In this document: positions 45,652 to 56,529 of the stretch, one piece after another | Numbering within the stretch: position 1 is the first letter of the stretch | Layout of the letters: each line of letters opens with the position of its first letter | NCBI GenBank assembly: GCA_019749945.1 | Contig: JAIEPF010000002.1 | Span: 11,914 to 75,913, forward strand | Source of the DNA: Burkholderiales bacterium | GTDB lineage: Bacteria; Pseudomonadota; Gammaproteobacteria; Burkholderiales; SG8-41 | Reading direction: 5' to 3' | DNA length: 64,000 bases | Translations under genes and position numbers: made by a program | The notes under the pieces: model-generated | Databases searched by the model: none | Told to the model about the DNA's origin: nothing | What the model saw: the letters and a program-made list of their open reading frames with translations, nothing else

Positions 45652-46167
45652 TCAATTTTCCGTTCCTGTGTCTTGTTCTATTTTCATGCGCATCGCGTCG
45701 GGCATGCGGGCGGGCCTCAGGGTGTCGGTGCTGACGCACACGACCGCGACCTCGGCCCGCGCGATCTCCTCCTTCCCGCGCAGCACCTTCTGCAAAAACC
45801 GGATGCGGCTGCCGCCGACGTTAACGACTTCCACGGTGACCTGCAAGCTGTCGTTGAACCGCGACGGTTTGAGGTATTTGATGTTCACCGTGCTCACCAC
45901 GAACAGCACACCATCCTGCGCCGCCATCTCCGGTTGTTCGAAACCCAGCGCGCGCAGCCACTCGGTGCGCGCGCGTTCCATGAAGCCGAGGTAGTTCGCG
46001 TAAAACACCACGCCGCCGGCGTCGGTGTCTTCGTAATAAACGCGGATCGGCCAGGAAAAGGGTTGGGTAGCGGAGAGCTGCGCGGCGGGTCGCGACGTAC
46101 CGGCGGCAGTCCTCGGGGCAGTCGCAGGCGCTGCGGCCAGAGGCCGGCTTTTTGACAATTTATTCAA
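45652..46167 (-). CDS. ybgC: Tol-Pal-associated acyl-CoA thioesterase YbgC (4HBT family) with Ala/Pro-rich N-terminal extension
   Basis: The core IRVYYEDTDAGGVVFYANYL is the YbgC hot-dog motif. The start is uncertain because only one ATG is available. Confidence 0.85.
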   Translation of the reverse strand: MNKLSKSRPLAAAPATAPRTAAGTSRPAAQLSATQPFSWPIRVYYEDTDAGGVVFYANYLGFMERARTEWLRALGFEQPEMAAQDGVLFVVSTVNIKYLKPSRFNDSLQVTVEVVNVGGSRIRFLQKVLRGKEEIARAEVAVVCVSTDTLRPARMPDAMRMKIEQDTGTEN

Positions 46168-46192
46168 TTAAAACAAATAGTTATAAAATATC

Positions 46193-47245
46193 TCATGGCG
46201 CCGGGGCGCCGGCATCCCACAAATCGCGCGCGCCGTCGCTGCGCGGCGCCGCCAGCCCGAAGTGGCGGTAAGCCACCGCGGTGGCGACACGCCCGCGCGG
46301 CGTGCGCTGCAGGTAACCCTGCTGGATCAGGTACGGTTCGAGCACGTCTTCAATGGTGTCGCGCTCCTCGCCGATCGCCGCGGCGAGGTTTTCGACCCCG
46401 ACCGGCCCGCCGCCGAACTTGTCGATCACCGCCTGCAGCAGCTTGCGGTCCATGACATCGAGTCCGACCGCATCGACGTCGAGCATTTTCAGCGCGTCAT
46501 CGGCGACCGCGCGCGTGATGTGTCCTTCGGCGCGCACCTCGGCAAAATCGCGCACCCGGCGCAGCAGGCGGTTGGAGATGCGCGGCGTACCGCGCGAGCG
46601 GCCGGCGATTTCGCGCGCGCCGCCGCCATCGATTTCGACTTCAAGCAGCCGCGCCGAACGTTCGGCAATACGCGTCAGCTCATCGGTGGTGTAGAACTCC
46701 AGCCGCGCCACGATGCCGAAGCGGTCGCGCAGCGGATTGGTCAGCATCCCGGCGCGCGTGGTGGCACCGACCAGCGTGAACGGCGGCAGGTCGAGCTTGA
46801 CCGAACGCGCCGCCGGACCCTCGCCGATCATGATGTCGATCTGGTAATCCTCCAGCGCCGGATAGAGAATTTCCTCAACCACCGGCGACAGGCGGTGGAT
46901 CTCGTCGATGAACAACACGTCGTTCGGCTCGAGATTGGTCAGTATCGCCGCGAGGTCGCCGGCGCGTTCCAGCACCGGCCCGGAAGTGTGGCGCAGGTTG
47001 ACACCCATCTCGCGTGCGATGATGTGGGCCAGCGTGGTTTTGCCGAGGCCCGGCGGGCCGAAGAGCAGCACGTGGTCCAGTGCCTCGCTGCGCTTGCGCG
47101 CCGCCTCGATGAAGATCGACAGCTGGCCGCGGATTTTTTCCTGACCAACGTATTCGTCCAGCGCCTTGGGCCGCAGCGCGCGTTCGAACACCTCTTCCTG
47201 TGCGGAAGCGGGGGCGGCGGCAATCAGGCGGTCGGTTTCAATCAT
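46193..47245 (-). CDS. ruvB: Holliday junction branch migration DNA helicase RuvB
   Basis: 350 aa. Walker [10 protein letters not shown], and DEIHRL. Confidence 0.97.
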   Translation of the reverse strand: MIETDRLIAAAPASAQEEVFERALRPKALDEYVGQEKIRGQLSIFIEAARKRSEALDHVLLFGPPGLGKTTLAHIIAREMGVNLRHTSGPVLERAGDLAAILTNLEPNDVLFIDEIHRLSPVVEEILYPALEDYQIDIMIGEGPAARSVKLDLPPFTLVGATTRAGMLTNPLRDRFGIVARLEFYTTDELTRIAERSARLLEVEIDGGGAREIAGRSRGTPRISNRLLRRVRDFAEVRAEGHITRAVADDALKMLDVDAVGLDVMDRKLLQAVIDKFGGGPVGVENLAAAIGEERDTIEDVLEPYLIQQGYLQRTPRGRVATAVAYRHFGLAAPRSDGARDLWDAGAPAP

Positions 47246-47258
47246 ATGCTTGATGGCC

Positions 47259-47840
47259 TCAGGATTTAGACAGCAGCTTCAGGGCCTGGCGGATGCCTTC
47301 GGTCACCGACAATCCGGACGGCAGCTTGTCCACCGCCCAGGTCACTTCGCGGTCATTGTAACCAAGTGCGCTCAGCGCGTTGACGATGTCGCCGGTACCC
47401 GGCGCAGCCACACCGCCCGCGGACGAATCCCCGACCTTGAAATCGAGACGGTCGCGCAGCTCCAGCAGCAGCCGTTCCGCGGTTTTTTTGCCGATGCCGG
47501 GGATCTTGGTCATGCGCGCGATGTCCTGCCCGCGCACCGCCTCGCGCAATTCGGCCACCGACAGGCCCGACAACACCGACAGGGCGGTGCGCGCACCGAT
47601 GCCGGAGATCCTGATCAGCTGACGGAACAGCGCGCGCTCGGCTTCGGTGGCAAAACCGTACAAGAGGTGTGCATCCTCGCGCACGATCAGCTGGGTGTAC
47701 AAAGTGACTTCGGCCCCGGTCGCCGGCAGCTGGTAGAGCGTGCTCATCGGCACGTCGATTTCATAACCGATGCCGTTCACATCGACCGTGATTTGCGGCG
47801 GCTGTTTGGTCAGCAAACGTCCTGATACGCGGCCGATCAT
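47259..47840 (-). CDS. ruvA: Holliday junction DNA helicase RuvA
   Basis: 193 aa. MIGRVSGRL… and HhH motifs ([21 protein letters not shown]). Confidence 0.95.
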   Translation of the reverse strand: MIGRVSGRLLTKQPPQITVDVNGIGYEIDVPMSTLYQLPATGAEVTLYTQLIVREDAHLLYGFATEAERALFRQLIRISGIGARTALSVLSGLSVAELREAVRGQDIARMTKIPGIGKKTAERLLLELRDRLDFKVGDSSAGGVAAPGTGDIVNALSALGYNDREVTWAVDKLPSGLSVTEGIRQALKLLSKS

Positions 47841-49045
47841 GCGCTGGGTCCGGCTCCCTGTGAGGCCAATATTTCGATGCGGGCAACTGCCCGCTCGGTC
47901 ATTGTACCAACAGACGACCCCGCATGACGCTGCGCCAGCGCGGCCGCATTGCGGCGGAAGCTGTCGTCGCCAAGCATCGCGCGCAGTTCGGACGCGATAT
48001 CCGGCGTTTTATCGTCGGGATGCACCACTCTTCCCGCGCCGAGGCGCATCACCGCGCAGCCCATCAGGTAATGCTCCAGGTGTTTGGGCAGCACCAGCAC
48101 CGGGCGACCACCCTTCAGCATGCCCAGCGTGGTGCCGACATTGCCGTGGCACACGCACAATCCGCACTCCGCCACCACGCGCCGGAAATCGAGCAATTGC
48201 GGCGCAAACTGCAGCCGTTCGCTGCCGTACCGCGCGGCCAGTGCCGCGCCATTGCCCAGCACATGCACCAGAACCCGGGCGCCGCTGGCGGCCAGCGCCT
48301 GCAAGCTGCGCTCGACATGAATGTAATCGGCGTGCAGATATGCAAAAACCCGCTCACCCGCACCTTCCGGCCACACCGGGGCGGCAGTGCCGGTCGACAG
48401 CGCCTGCAGTCCGAGGTAATCGGCGGGTTGCCGCGGGATATAGGAATCGAGTTCGGGTACACCGGAAAAAAAGCATGCCGCTCCGGCAAAAATATGGTGC
48501 AGGGCCCCCAATCCCCGGCCCGGCGGCAATACCTGGTTGATCACCGCCAGCACGCGGCGATCGCTGTCGGCGAGACGTTCCGCCGGCACGGTCATCCACG
48601 GCCGCATGTTGGGCGTGGGCGCAACGGGCGGTGGCACATTGAAGGTGCTGCCGATCACGGCCTGCGCAACACCAAGGCTGCGCGCCGCCAGCAGCGCGGT
48701 CGGCGCATGGTCGGCGATCACCACTTCGGCACCGACGGCCCTGATCAGCGAAACCCATGCCGCCATCATCGCCCGCAGCATTGCCGGCTCCAGATAGCCG
48801 TAACGCATCAGGATTTCGGCGTAGTTCAGCGGCGGCTCCTGTAATCCGCCATAAGTATTCAGGCACAAGGGCGCCTGGTGCAGCGCCACCGGCAGTTCGC
48901 CCAGCGCCTGCGCCGCACCGGCAATCTCGCGCGCGGCGACATGCAGGCTGTGGCCGCGCGCGAGCAACCGCGGCACCAGCCCGAGAAAAGGCCCGAGATG
49001 GCCGAAGCCCGTGCCCAGTTCCCGGGCCAGCAGGATGCGGCTCAC
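47837..49045 (-). CDS. GT1 family (UDP-glycosyltransferase/MGT-like, GT-B fold) glycosyltransferase
   Basis: 402 aa from GTG 49045. The N-terminal [16 protein letters not shown] and the C-terminal donor-binding [29 protein letters not shown] resemble GT1/UGT enzymes. The 611-aa track ORF is an over-extension across ruvC. Confidence 0.75.
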   Translation of the reverse strand: MSRILLARELGTGFGHLGPFLGLVPRLLARGHSLHVAAREIAGAAQALGELPVALHQAPLCLNTYGGLQEPPLNYAEILMRYGYLEPAMLRAMMAAWVSLIRAVGAEVVIADHAPTALLAARSLGVAQAVIGSTFNVPPPVAPTPNMRPWMTVPAERLADSDRRVLAVINQVLPPGRGLGALHHIFAGAACFFSGVPELDSYIPRQPADYLGLQALSTGTAAPVWPEGAGERVFAYLHADYIHVERSLQALAASGARVLVHVLGNGAALAARYGSERLQFAPQLLDFRRVVAECGLCVCHGNVGTTLGMLKGGRPVLVLPKHLEHYLMGCAVMRLGAGRVVHPDDKTPDIASELRAMLGDDSFRRNAAALAQRHAGSSVGTMTERAVARIEILASQGAGPSA

Positions 49046-49575
49046 CGCAGTCGCCCCGCGCGCCGCCGCCGGCCCATGCCGACCCCGCCATAACCCTGAC
49101 CGCCGTGCGCATGGCAGATCGCGCAGGCCAGCGCATCGGCGGCATCGGGACTGGGATCGCCGGCCAGTTTCAGCAGGCGCCGCACCATGGCCTGCACCTG
49201 CTCTTTTTTCGCCTTGCCGGCGCCGACCACCGCCTGCTTGACCTGCAGCGCGGTGTACTCGGCCACCGGCAGTGCGCTGGCCACTGCGGCGCAGATCGCC
49301 GCACCGCGGGCCTGGCCGAGCAAAAGTGTGGATTGCGGATTGATGTTGACGAACACCTGCTCGATGGCGACGCACTGCGGGCGGGTGCTGGCGATCACTT
49401 CCTGCAGACCCTCCAGCAGGACCTTGATGCGCTGGGGCAGTTCGCCTTCGCCGCTGCGGATGCAGCCGCTGGTGATATAGACGAGTTTCTGGCCGCTCTG
49501 TTCGATGACCCCGAAACCGGTGACGCGCAGTCCGGGGTCGATGCCGAGAATACGAAGAGGAGTTGCCGCGTTCAA
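49042..49575 (-). CDS. ruvC: Crossover junction endodeoxyribonuclease RuvC
   Basis: 177 aa. [16 protein letters not shown] catalytic Asp context and [22 protein letters not shown]. Confidence 0.95.
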   Translation of the reverse strand: MNAATPLRILGIDPGLRVTGFGVIEQSGQKLVYITSGCIRSGEGELPQRIKVLLEGLQEVIASTRPQCVAIEQVFVNINPQSTLLLGQARGAAICAAVASALPVAEYTALQVKQAVVGAGKAKKEQVQAMVRRLLKLAGDPSPDAADALACAICHAHGGQGYGGVGMGRRRRAGRLR

Positions 49576-50303
49576 GCGGGCTCGTTGAGGACTGCGGTGG
49601 TGTACACCTCCTGCACGTCATCGACAGCCTCGAGGGCGTCCAGGAGTTTTTGCATGCGCAGGGCATCGTCACCGGTCAATACATTTTCGGTCGTGGGTTT
49701 CATCGTCACCTCGCCCAGCTCGGGTTTGAAACCGGCCTTGACCAGCGCGTTGCGCACCGCGGAAAACTCTGCGGGACCGGTGATGACTTCGATGCTGCCG
49801 TCCTCGTGGGTTTCCACGTCCTCGGCGCCGGCATCAATCGCAGCATCCATCAGTCTGGCTTCGTCGGTGCCGGGCGCGAACACCATCTGCCCGCAATGTT
49901 TGAACAGGAAGGCGACTGATCCGTCAGTGCCGAGGTTGCCGCCGTACTTGGTGAAGGCGTGGCGCACATCGGCCACGGTGCGGGTGCGGTTGTCGGTCAT
50001 GCAGTCGACCATCACCGCGGCGCCGCCGATGCCGTAACCCTCGTAGCGGATTTCCTCGTAATTGACGCCCTCGAGGTCGCCGGTGCCGCGCTTGATCGCG
50101 CGCTCGACGTTGTCCTTGGGCATGTTGTTGTCGTAGGCCTTGTCCATCGCCAGCCGCAACCGCGGATTGGTCGCCGGGTCACCCCCGCCCAGGCGCGCGG
50201 CAACGGTGATCTCCTTGATCAGGCGCGTGAATATCTTGCCCCGCTTGGCGTCCTGCCGCCCCTTGCGGTGCTGGATGTTCGCCCACTTCGAATGTCCCGC
50301 CAT
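49572..50303 (-). CDS. YebC/PmpR family DNA-binding transcriptional regulator
   Basis: 243 aa. [28 protein letters not shown] is the invariant family N-terminus. Confidence 0.95.
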   Translation of the reverse strand: MAGHSKWANIQHRKGRQDAKRGKIFTRLIKEITVAARLGGGDPATNPRLRLAMDKAYDNNMPKDNVERAIKRGTGDLEGVNYEEIRYEGYGIGGAAVMVDCMTDNRTRTVADVRHAFTKYGGNLGTDGSVAFLFKHCGQMVFAPGTDEARLMDAAIDAGAEDVETHEDGSIEVITGPAEFSAVRNALVKAGFKPELGEVTMKPTTENVLTGDDALRMQKLLDALEAVDDVQEVYTTAVLNEPA

Positions 50304-50374
50304 GAATGTCCTGAAAAACCCGATAACCCGTTAGAATTGTTGAAATTTTATCATAGCGAAATCAGGAACCCGTC

Positions 50375-51883
50375 ATGGCCGCACCGCTGCTTGTCGCCAA
50401 ATCCGCAGAAGATCTGTTTCTGCTTCCCGGCCTTGCCAACCGCCACGGGCTGATCGCCGGCGCCACCGGCACCGGCAAGACCGTGACCCTGCAGCGAATC
50501 GCCGAGGGTTTCTCCAAAATCGGCGTACCGGTGTTCATGGCCGACGTCAAAGGCGACCTCGCCGGCCTGTCGCAAAAAGGCGAACCCAAACCAAAAATCG
50601 AGGAGCGCATCAAACAACTGGGCATCACGGATTTTGTTTATGAAGCCTGCCCGGTGGTGTTCTGGGATGCCTTCGGCGCCCAGGGCCACCCGGTGCGCGC
50701 GACAGTTTCGGAAATGGGTCCGCTGCTGCTGGCGCGGCTGCTCAATCTCAATGACACCCAGCAGGGGGTGCTGACGCTGGTGTTCAAGATCGCCGACGAC
50801 AACGGCCTGCTGCTGCTCGACCTGAAGGACCTGCGCGCGATGCTGCAGCATGTCGGCGAAAACGCAAAAAACTTCACCACCCAGTACGGCAACGTTTCGG
50901 CGGCGTCGATCGGCGCGATCCAGCGCGGCCTGCTCGAAATCGAGCAGCAGGGCGGCGACAGGTTTTTCGCCGAGCCGGCATTGAACATCCAGGACCTGAT
51001 GCAGACCGACGGCAAGGGCCGCGGCGTGATCAACATCCTCGCCGCCGACAAGCTGATGAACTCGCCCAAACTCTACGGGACATTTTTATTGTGGCTGCTG
51101 TCGGAACTGTTCGAACAACTGCCTGAAGTCGGCGACCCGGAAAAGCCGAAACTGGTGTTTTTCTTCGACGAAGCGCATCTGCTGTTCAGCGATGCGCCCC
51201 AGGCCCTGCTCGAAAAAATCGAGCAGGTGGTGCGGCTGATCCGTTCCAAGGGCGTCGGCGTGTACTTCGTGACACAGAACCCGCTGGACATTCCCGAGAC
51301 CGTACTCGGCCAGTTGGGCAACCGCGTGCAGCATGCCTTGCGCGCCTTCACGCCGCGCGACCAGAAGGCGGTCAAAAGTGCGGCGACCACGCTGCGCGCC
51401 AACCCCAGGCTTGATGTCGAGGCGGTGATCACCGAACTCGGCGTCGGCGAGGCGCTGGTGTCATTTCTCGACGAAAAAGGCCGGCCCTGCATCGTCGAAC
51501 GCGCCTTCGTGCTGCCGCCGGGCAGCCGTCTCGGCGCGGTGACCCCCGAGGAGCGCGCGGCCATCATCAAGGCCTCGCTGCTCGCCGGGACCTACGACAA
51601 GGTCGAGGATCGCGAATCCGCTTACGAGAAACTGATGCAGCGCGTGCAGGATCAGCAAACCGCGCAAACCGCTGCCGCCGCTCCGCAAGGTGACTCGGGC
51701 GGCGGATTGCTCGGCGCGCTGGGCGGCCTGCTCGGCGGCTCCACCGGTCCGCGCGGCGGGCGGCGTGAAGGCGCAATCGAACTGGCGACCAGGAGCGCGG
51801 CCCGCGCCATCGGTTCACAGGTCGGGCGCGAAATCATCCGCGGCGTGCTGGGCTCCATTCTCGGCGGCGGGCGCCGCCGCTAG
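50375..51883 (+). CDS. HerA-like P-loop ATPase (DUF853/YjgR family)
   Basis: 502 aa. Walker A GATGTGKT, Walker [12 protein letters not shown], glycine/arginine-rich C-terminal tail. Confidence 0.85.
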   Translation: MAAPLLVAKSAEDLFLLPGLANRHGLIAGATGTGKTVTLQRIAEGFSKIGVPVFMADVKGDLAGLSQKGEPKPKIEERIKQLGITDFVYEACPVVFWDAFGAQGHPVRATVSEMGPLLLARLLNLNDTQQGVLTLVFKIADDNGLLLLDLKDLRAMLQHVGENAKNFTTQYGNVSAASIGAIQRGLLEIEQQGGDRFFAEPALNIQDLMQTDGKGRGVINILAADKLMNSPKLYGTFLLWLLSELFEQLPEVGDPEKPKLVFFFDEAHLLFSDAPQALLEKIEQVVRLIRSKGVGVYFVTQNPLDIPETVLGQLGNRVQHALRAFTPRDQKAVKSAATTLRANPRLDVEAVITELGVGEALVSFLDEKGRPCIVERAFVLPPGSRLGAVTPEERAAIIKASLLAGTYDKVEDRESAYEKLMQRVQDQQTAQTAAAAPQGDSGGGLLGALGGLLGGSTGPRGGRREGAIELATRSAARAIGSQVGREIIRGVLGSILGGGRRR

Positions 51884-51890
51884 TTCACCG

Positions 51891-52820
51891 GTGCCGGATC
51901 CGCAACAACACCGGCGCAACGCCTTGATCGGCATCGCCTGCGTACTCGCGGGCTCGGTCGCGTTTTCAGCGAAACCGGTGCTGGTCAAGGCCGCCTACCA
52001 GTATGGCGTCGACACCATGACGCTGCTCGCCCTGCGCATGCTGTTTGCAGCCCCCCTGTTCCTGCTGATGGCGTGGTGGGCGGGCCGGCCGGCCGTGGCA
52101 TTCACCGCCCGCGAAATCGCCGGCATCATCGCGCTCGGCTTCCTCGGTTATTACCTCGGCAGTTTTCTTGACCTCGCCGGCCTGCAATACATCTCGGCGG
52201 GTTTCGGCCGGCTGATCCTCTATCTCTATCCGACGCTGGTGCTGCTGATGTCGGCGGTTTTCCTGAAACAGCCGCTGCGCGGACGGCAACTGCTGTCGCT
52301 GGGCCTCTCTTATGCCGGCATCGCGCTGGTGTTCAGCGCCGAAGCACAACTGGGCGAGCGGCTGGAGCTGACCATCCTCGGCGCGGCACTGGTGTTCGGC
52401 AGCGCCGTCACTTACGCAACCTATCTGGTCGCCGGCAGCCGGCTGGTGCACAAATTCGGCGCGATGCGGTTTTCGGCCTATGCTTCATTGACCGCCACCG
52501 GATTCGTGATGGCGCATTTCTTCGCGATCCGCCCCGTGCAGGCGTTGATCGTCGGACAGCAGGTTTATGTGCTGGTGGCAGTACTCGCGGTGTTTGCGAC
52601 GGTATTGCCGCTGTGGCTGATGGCCGAGGGCCTGAAACGCATCGGCGCCAACCAGGTCTCACTGGTCGGTTGCGTCGGCCCGCTGGCCACCATGGCCTTC
52701 GCCTGGGTGTTTCTCGGTGAAGCCGTGACCCCGGTGCAACTCGCCGGTGCGGCGCTGGTACTTGCCGGCGTGCTGATCATCACGCTGAAGCCGCAATCAG
52801 CGCTCCAGGAAAAAATTTAA
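51891..52820 (+). CDS. EamA/DMT superfamily transporter
   Basis: About 10 TM helices in two EamA halves. The start was moved to in-frame GTG 51891, because the track ORF start 51690 lies inside the preceding gene. Confidence 0.8.
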   Translation: MPDPQQHRRNALIGIACVLAGSVAFSAKPVLVKAAYQYGVDTMTLLALRMLFAAPLFLLMAWWAGRPAVAFTAREIAGIIALGFLGYYLGSFLDLAGLQYISAGFGRLILYLYPTLVLLMSAVFLKQPLRGRQLLSLGLSYAGIALVFSAEAQLGERLELTILGAALVFGSAVTYATYLVAGSRLVHKFGAMRFSAYASLTATGFVMAHFFAIRPVQALIVGQQVYVLVAVLAVFATVLPLWLMAEGLKRIGANQVSLVGCVGPLATMAFAWVFLGEAVTPVQLAGAALVLAGVLIITLKPQSALQEKI

Positions 52821-53617
52821 CGCGTCGTGGCGACGCGACCCTCGCAATGCTGCGCATAACGCAGGCCGGAAGGCAGGCTTTCGGCACAGGCCAGCATCGG
52901 TTCGACATGCGAGTGACGGTATTTCAGCGCAAATTCACGGGCGGTGTGGCCGTTGCGCACGCGGACCAGCGGATCAGCTCCGGCCAGCAGCAGCACACGC
53001 ACCACGTCGCGGTGGCCCTGCATCGCCGCCATCATCAGCGGCGTGTTGACATACACCATGCCGCCGCTGGCATCCGCATCCAGGCGTGCGCCGCGTTCGA
53101 TCAGGTAACGCAGGGCGCGCTGCCTGTTGTTGTAGGCGGCATAGGCCAGCGGGGTGTAATTGTTCGGCACATTCTCGAGGCTGGCGCCCGATTCGACCAG
53201 CAGGCGCACCGCGGCATCATGCCGGTCGGCCGAGCCGCTGCCGCCCTCACCGTAAAAATACGCCGCCAGCATCAGCGGGGTTTCATTGACGGGGGTGCTG
53301 GCATTGATATCCGCACCGGCGGCAATCAGGTAGCGCAGGATTTCGACGGAGCCGGCGCGGGCCGCCAGTGCGATCAGCGGCGCGCCGCCGGAATACCCGG
53401 GAGCCCGCAGCCTTTGATTGACGCTGATCGTGCCGCGACTGACCATTGCCCGCAACGCTGAAGCATCGTCCTGCTCGATGGCGTTGATGACGGTTTCGGT
53501 ATCCACCCCGGAGCGGTAATCGCCGCCCATCCCTGCACAGCCGCCGAGGGCCAGTGCGGTTGCTACGCCACCCAATACGCGCATCGCGCGCGCCAGACTG
53601 AAGAAATTGCGCATCAT
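52817..53617 (-). CDS. Ankyrin-repeat lipoprotein
   Basis: 266 aa. Lipobox LALGGC. At least five ANK repeats (…TPLMLAA…GH.DVVRVLLLAGADP…). Confidence 0.8.
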   Translation of the reverse strand: MMRNFFSLARAMRVLGGVATALALGGCAGMGGDYRSGVDTETVINAIEQDDASALRAMVSRGTISVNQRLRAPGYSGGAPLIALAARAGSVEILRYLIAAGADINASTPVNETPLMLAAYFYGEGGSGSADRHDAAVRLLVESGASLENVPNNYTPLAYAAYNNRQRALRYLIERGARLDADASGGMVYVNTPLMMAAMQGHRDVVRVLLLAGADPLVRVRNGHTAREFALKYRHSHVEPMLACAESLPSGLRYAQHCEGRVATTR

Positions 53618-53734
53618 CGCCTCCTCATTGCCAGCCTTGCAATGCGCAGCAGTATAGACCTTAAGCTGGCGGCAAAAAAGCGGCGGGGGGGCGTCGACAA
53701 TATGAACTTTGGAGCCGGCCGCCCGGCCGGCACT

Positions 53735-54829
53735 TCAGACGTTGAAGCGGAAATGCATCACATCGCCATCCTTGACGATGTAGTCCTTGCCCTCGAGACG
53801 CATCTTGCCGGCCTCCTTGGCGGCCAGTTCGGTCTTCGCGGCGACGTAATCATCGTAAGCGATCACTTCGGCGCGGATGAAGCCCTTTTCGAAATCGGTG
53901 TGGATCGCCCCCGCCGCCTGCGGCGCGGTGTCGCCGCGGTGTATGGTCCAGGCACGGACTTCCTTCGGGCCGACGGTGAAATAAGTCTGCAGCCCGAGCA
54001 GGGTGTAGCCGGCGCTGATGACGCGGTTGAGGCCAGGCTCTGTCATGCCCATGTCGGCGAGGAAAATCGCCTTGTCCTCATCGCTCATGTCGCCGATCTC
54101 GGCTTCGATTGCGGCACACACCGCCACCACCGGCGCTTTTTCCCCTGCCGCCAGCGCCACCACCGCATCCAGATGCGGATTGCCCACGAAACCGCCCTCG
54201 CGCACATTCGCGACATACATCGTCGGCTTGGCGGTGATCAGGCACAGCGGTTTGAGCACTGCCTGCTCCTCCGCCGACAGGTCCAGCGCCCGCACCGGAC
54301 GCGCTTCGTTGAGTGTGGCCCGGCATTTTTCCAGCACGGCCACCATGCGGGTGGCCTCCTTGTCCGCGCCGGACTTGGCCAGCTTCACGGATTTTGCGAG
54401 CTGGCGCTCGACCGCCGCCAGGTCGGCCAGCGCCAGTTCGGTGTTGATGATCTCGATATCGTCCAGCGGATTGATGCGGCCGGCGACATGCACCACGTTT
54501 TCATCCTCGAAGCAGCGCACGACATGGGCGATGGCATCGGTTTCGCGGATGTTGGCGAGAAACTGGTTGCCGAGCCCCTCGCCCTTGGACGCGCCCGCCA
54601 CCAGCCCGGCGATGTCGACGAACTCCACCGTCGCCGGCAGTACCTTCTCGGGTTTTTGCAGCGCGGCCAGCGTATCCAGCCGCGGATCCGGCACTTCGAC
54701 TATGCCGACATTGGGCTCGATGGTGCAGAACGGATAGTTTTCCGCCGCGATGCCGGCCTTGGTCAGCGCGTTAAAGAGCGTGGATTTGCCGACGTTGGGC
54801 AGGCCGACGATGCCGCATTTTAATGCCAT
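53735..54829 (-). CDS. ychF: Redox-regulated/ribosome-binding ATPase YchF
   Basis: 364 aa. [18 protein letters not shown], and TGS/YchF C-terminal domain. Confidence 0.97.
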   Translation of the reverse strand: MALKCGIVGLPNVGKSTLFNALTKAGIAAENYPFCTIEPNVGIVEVPDPRLDTLAALQKPEKVLPATVEFVDIAGLVAGASKGEGLGNQFLANIRETDAIAHVVRCFEDENVVHVAGRINPLDDIEIINTELALADLAAVERQLAKSVKLAKSGADKEATRMVAVLEKCRATLNEARPVRALDLSAEEQAVLKPLCLITAKPTMYVANVREGGFVGNPHLDAVVALAAGEKAPVVAVCAAIEAEIGDMSDEDKAIFLADMGMTEPGLNRVISAGYTLLGLQTYFTVGPKEVRAWTIHRGDTAPQAAGAIHTDFEKGFIRAEVIAYDDYVAAKTELAAKEAGKMRLEGKDYIVKDGDVMHFRFNV

Positions 54830-54834
54830 GATGG

Positions 54835-54869
54835 GTGAGCCGTGAAAAGTGAAATGTGAAACGTGAAGC
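54835..54869. repeat. Five in-phase tandem heptamers GTGARNN
   Basis: gtgagcc gtgaaaa gtgaaat gtgaaac gtgaagc, directly upstream of the ychF start (54829) and downstream of pth. Confidence 0.7.
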
Positions 54870-54911
54870 GGAAGGCCGGTAGGCCATACCGCGCGTGTAA
54901 TGGGCAGACGG

Positions 54912-55508
54912 TCATGCCGCGCCTTCCGCGGGTTTGGTATGAAGACGCAGCATCGCGGCCTGCATGTCGCCGGCGGCGATCAGCGGCCAGACGTCCTGCG
55001 CCCGCGCCAGCGCGTCATCGATCGCACGCTGCTCGTCGAGGCGCGGCGCATGCAGCACGTAATCGACCACTTCCTGCTCGCTTGCCGCCAGTTCGCGCGG
55101 GTGCCCGATGCCGATGCGCAGCCGCCAGAAATCCCTGGTGGCGAGGCGGGACGCCACGCTGCGCACGCCGTTGCCGGAAGCGCTGCCGCCGAATTTGAGC
55201 TTGACCACGCCGGGCGCGAGATCCAGTTCATCGTGCACGATCAGGATGTCCGCTGCCTCGATCTTGAAAAAATCCGCGAGTGCGCCGACGGCTCTGCCCG
55301 ACTCGTTCATGTAGGTTGCTGGTTTCAGCAGCCAGATTTCACCTGAAGCACCTGGAATTTTCGCGACCTCGCCATGAAAACGCGGCTCATGGCGGCACTC
55401 CGCCCCGACCGACCGCGCCAGCGCATCGATCCACCAGAAGCCCGCGTTATGCCGCGTGGCGGCGTATTTTTTTCCCGGATTTCCCAATCCGACGACCAGT
55501 TTCATCAT
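54912..55508 (-). CDS. pth: Peptidyl-tRNA hydrolase
   Basis: 198 aa. [19 protein letters not shown] motif. Confidence 0.95.
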   Translation of the reverse strand: MMKLVVGLGNPGKKYAATRHNAGFWWIDALARSVGAECRHEPRFHGEVAKIPGASGEIWLLKPATYMNESGRAVGALADFFKIEAADILIVHDELDLAPGVVKLKFGGSASGNGVRSVASRLATRDFWRLRIGIGHPRELAASEQEVVDYVLHAPRLDEQRAIDDALARAQDVWPLIAAGDMQAAMLRLHTKPAEGAA

Positions 55509-55579
55509 GTCCGCTTATTGACGTGGCTAATTTCCGAACCCGGATGATATATTAACCTATTGTTTTTATTGTATTTTTA

Positions 55580-55617
55580 ATAAAAACGCCCGCCAGCATA
55601 AGGTGCTCTGGCGGGCG
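55580..55617 (-). terminator. Rho-independent terminator downstream of ctc
   Basis: On the - strand: cgcccgccag-(11 nt)-ctggcgggcg followed by TTTTTATT. Confidence 0.65.
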
Positions 55618-55659
55618 CCGTTCGATCGCGCCGGCCGCAAGCGGCCGGCGCATCGCAGC

Positions 55660-56376
55660 TTACTTCTTCTCGGCAGATTTCTTGTCGCCGTCTTTCTTGT
55701 CGCCATCTTTCTTGTCGCCACCGGCGGCCGCAGCAGCAGCCGCAGCTTCCGGCGCCTGGGCGGTAATCTCGGTGACCGGCGCGGCCACCACTTCCTCAAC
55801 CACCACCTCTTTCGGCACCTGTACCGTGACTACCGAGGCATTGTCCGCCTTCACTTTGGGCAGCGCTTCAACGCCCTTGGGCAGCACCAGATCGGACACA
55901 TGCAGCGAATGGCCCAGTTCGAGGTCCTTCAGATCGACTTCGATGTATTCCGGCAGATCATCCGGCAGGCAGTGGATCTCGAGCTCATTGAGAATGTGCT
56001 GGACCACGCCCTTGCCGACCTTCACGCCGGGGCAAATATCGGCGTTCATGAAGTGCAGCGGCACCGCCATGTGAATCTTCTTTTTCGGATCGACACGCTG
56101 AAAATCGACGTGCTGCACCTGTTCCTTGAACGGATGCATCTGGAAGTCGCGCAGCAACACGCGATCCTTGGCGCCTTCCAGCGTCATGTCGAGAATCGAC
56201 GAATGGAACGCTTCCAGTTTCAGGTGGCGCAGCAGCGCCTTGTGGTCGAACTCGACACTTTGCGCGTTCTTGCCGGCGCCATAAATCACGCCAGGAACGC
56301 GACCCGTCGTACGCAGGCGGCGGCTCGCACCTTTGCCCTCTTTCGTACGCGGAAACGCAGTAACTTCGATCTTCAT
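55660..56376 (-). CDS. rplY: 50S ribosomal protein L25/general stress protein Ctc (long form, Lys/Asp/Ala-rich tail)
   Basis: 238 aa. GKGASRRLR…VPGVIYG and the two-domain Ctc architecture. Confidence 0.95.
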   Translation of the reverse strand: MKIEVTAFPRTKEGKGASRRLRTTGRVPGVIYGAGKNAQSVEFDHKALLRHLKLEAFHSSILDMTLEGAKDRVLLRDFQMHPFKEQVQHVDFQRVDPKKKIHMAVPLHFMNADICPGVKVGKGVVQHILNELEIHCLPDDLPEYIEVDLKDLELGHSLHVSDLVLPKGVEALPKVKADNASVVTVQVPKEVVVEEVVAAPVTEITAQAPEAAAAAAAAGGDKKDGDKKDGDKKSAEKK

Positions 56377-56529
56377 TTCACTCTCCAGTAATTGCGGGAA
56401 TCCGCGACCAGTATTCCCGCGTTAAAAAGAAGCTGGGATGATTTCCGGCTTCCACAAAACTTATACTTCCGACACATTCATCAGCACGAGCTTTTAAGGT
56501 GCGCCCGAGCTTTTTGGGCGCAAAGCCCG

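Noticed and set aside
47837-49672. 611-aa ORF spanning ruvC, read as a single protein
   Set aside because: The first ~200 aa are an out-of-frame read-through across the well-supported ruvC gene (49042..49575) and look like shadow sequence. Glycosyltransferase similarity begins at GTG 49045.
50375-51883. HerA-like ATPase as part of a defence system (HerA-Sir2/DUF4297/NurA type)
   Set aside because: It is the housekeeping-type DUF853/YjgR form. It has no nuclease, Sir2 or other effector partner, and its neighbours are yebC and an EamA transporter.
54835-54869. Possible CRISPR or other spaced-repeat array. Also considered for 7271..7291 and the composite hairpins.
   Set aside because: The repeats are 7-9 nt, directly abutting with no spacers, and no cas genes are present. 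They are tandem or inverted micro-repeats, not CRISPR.
56377-56529. Structured leader upstream of ctc/rplY: hairpins gcgccc...gggcgc and gcgggaat...attcccgc near the Shine-Dalgarno
   Set aside because: The hairpins are real in the sequence, but I cannot tie them to a defined ribosomal-protein leader family from memory. This needs an Rfam scan and is left unreported as a feature.
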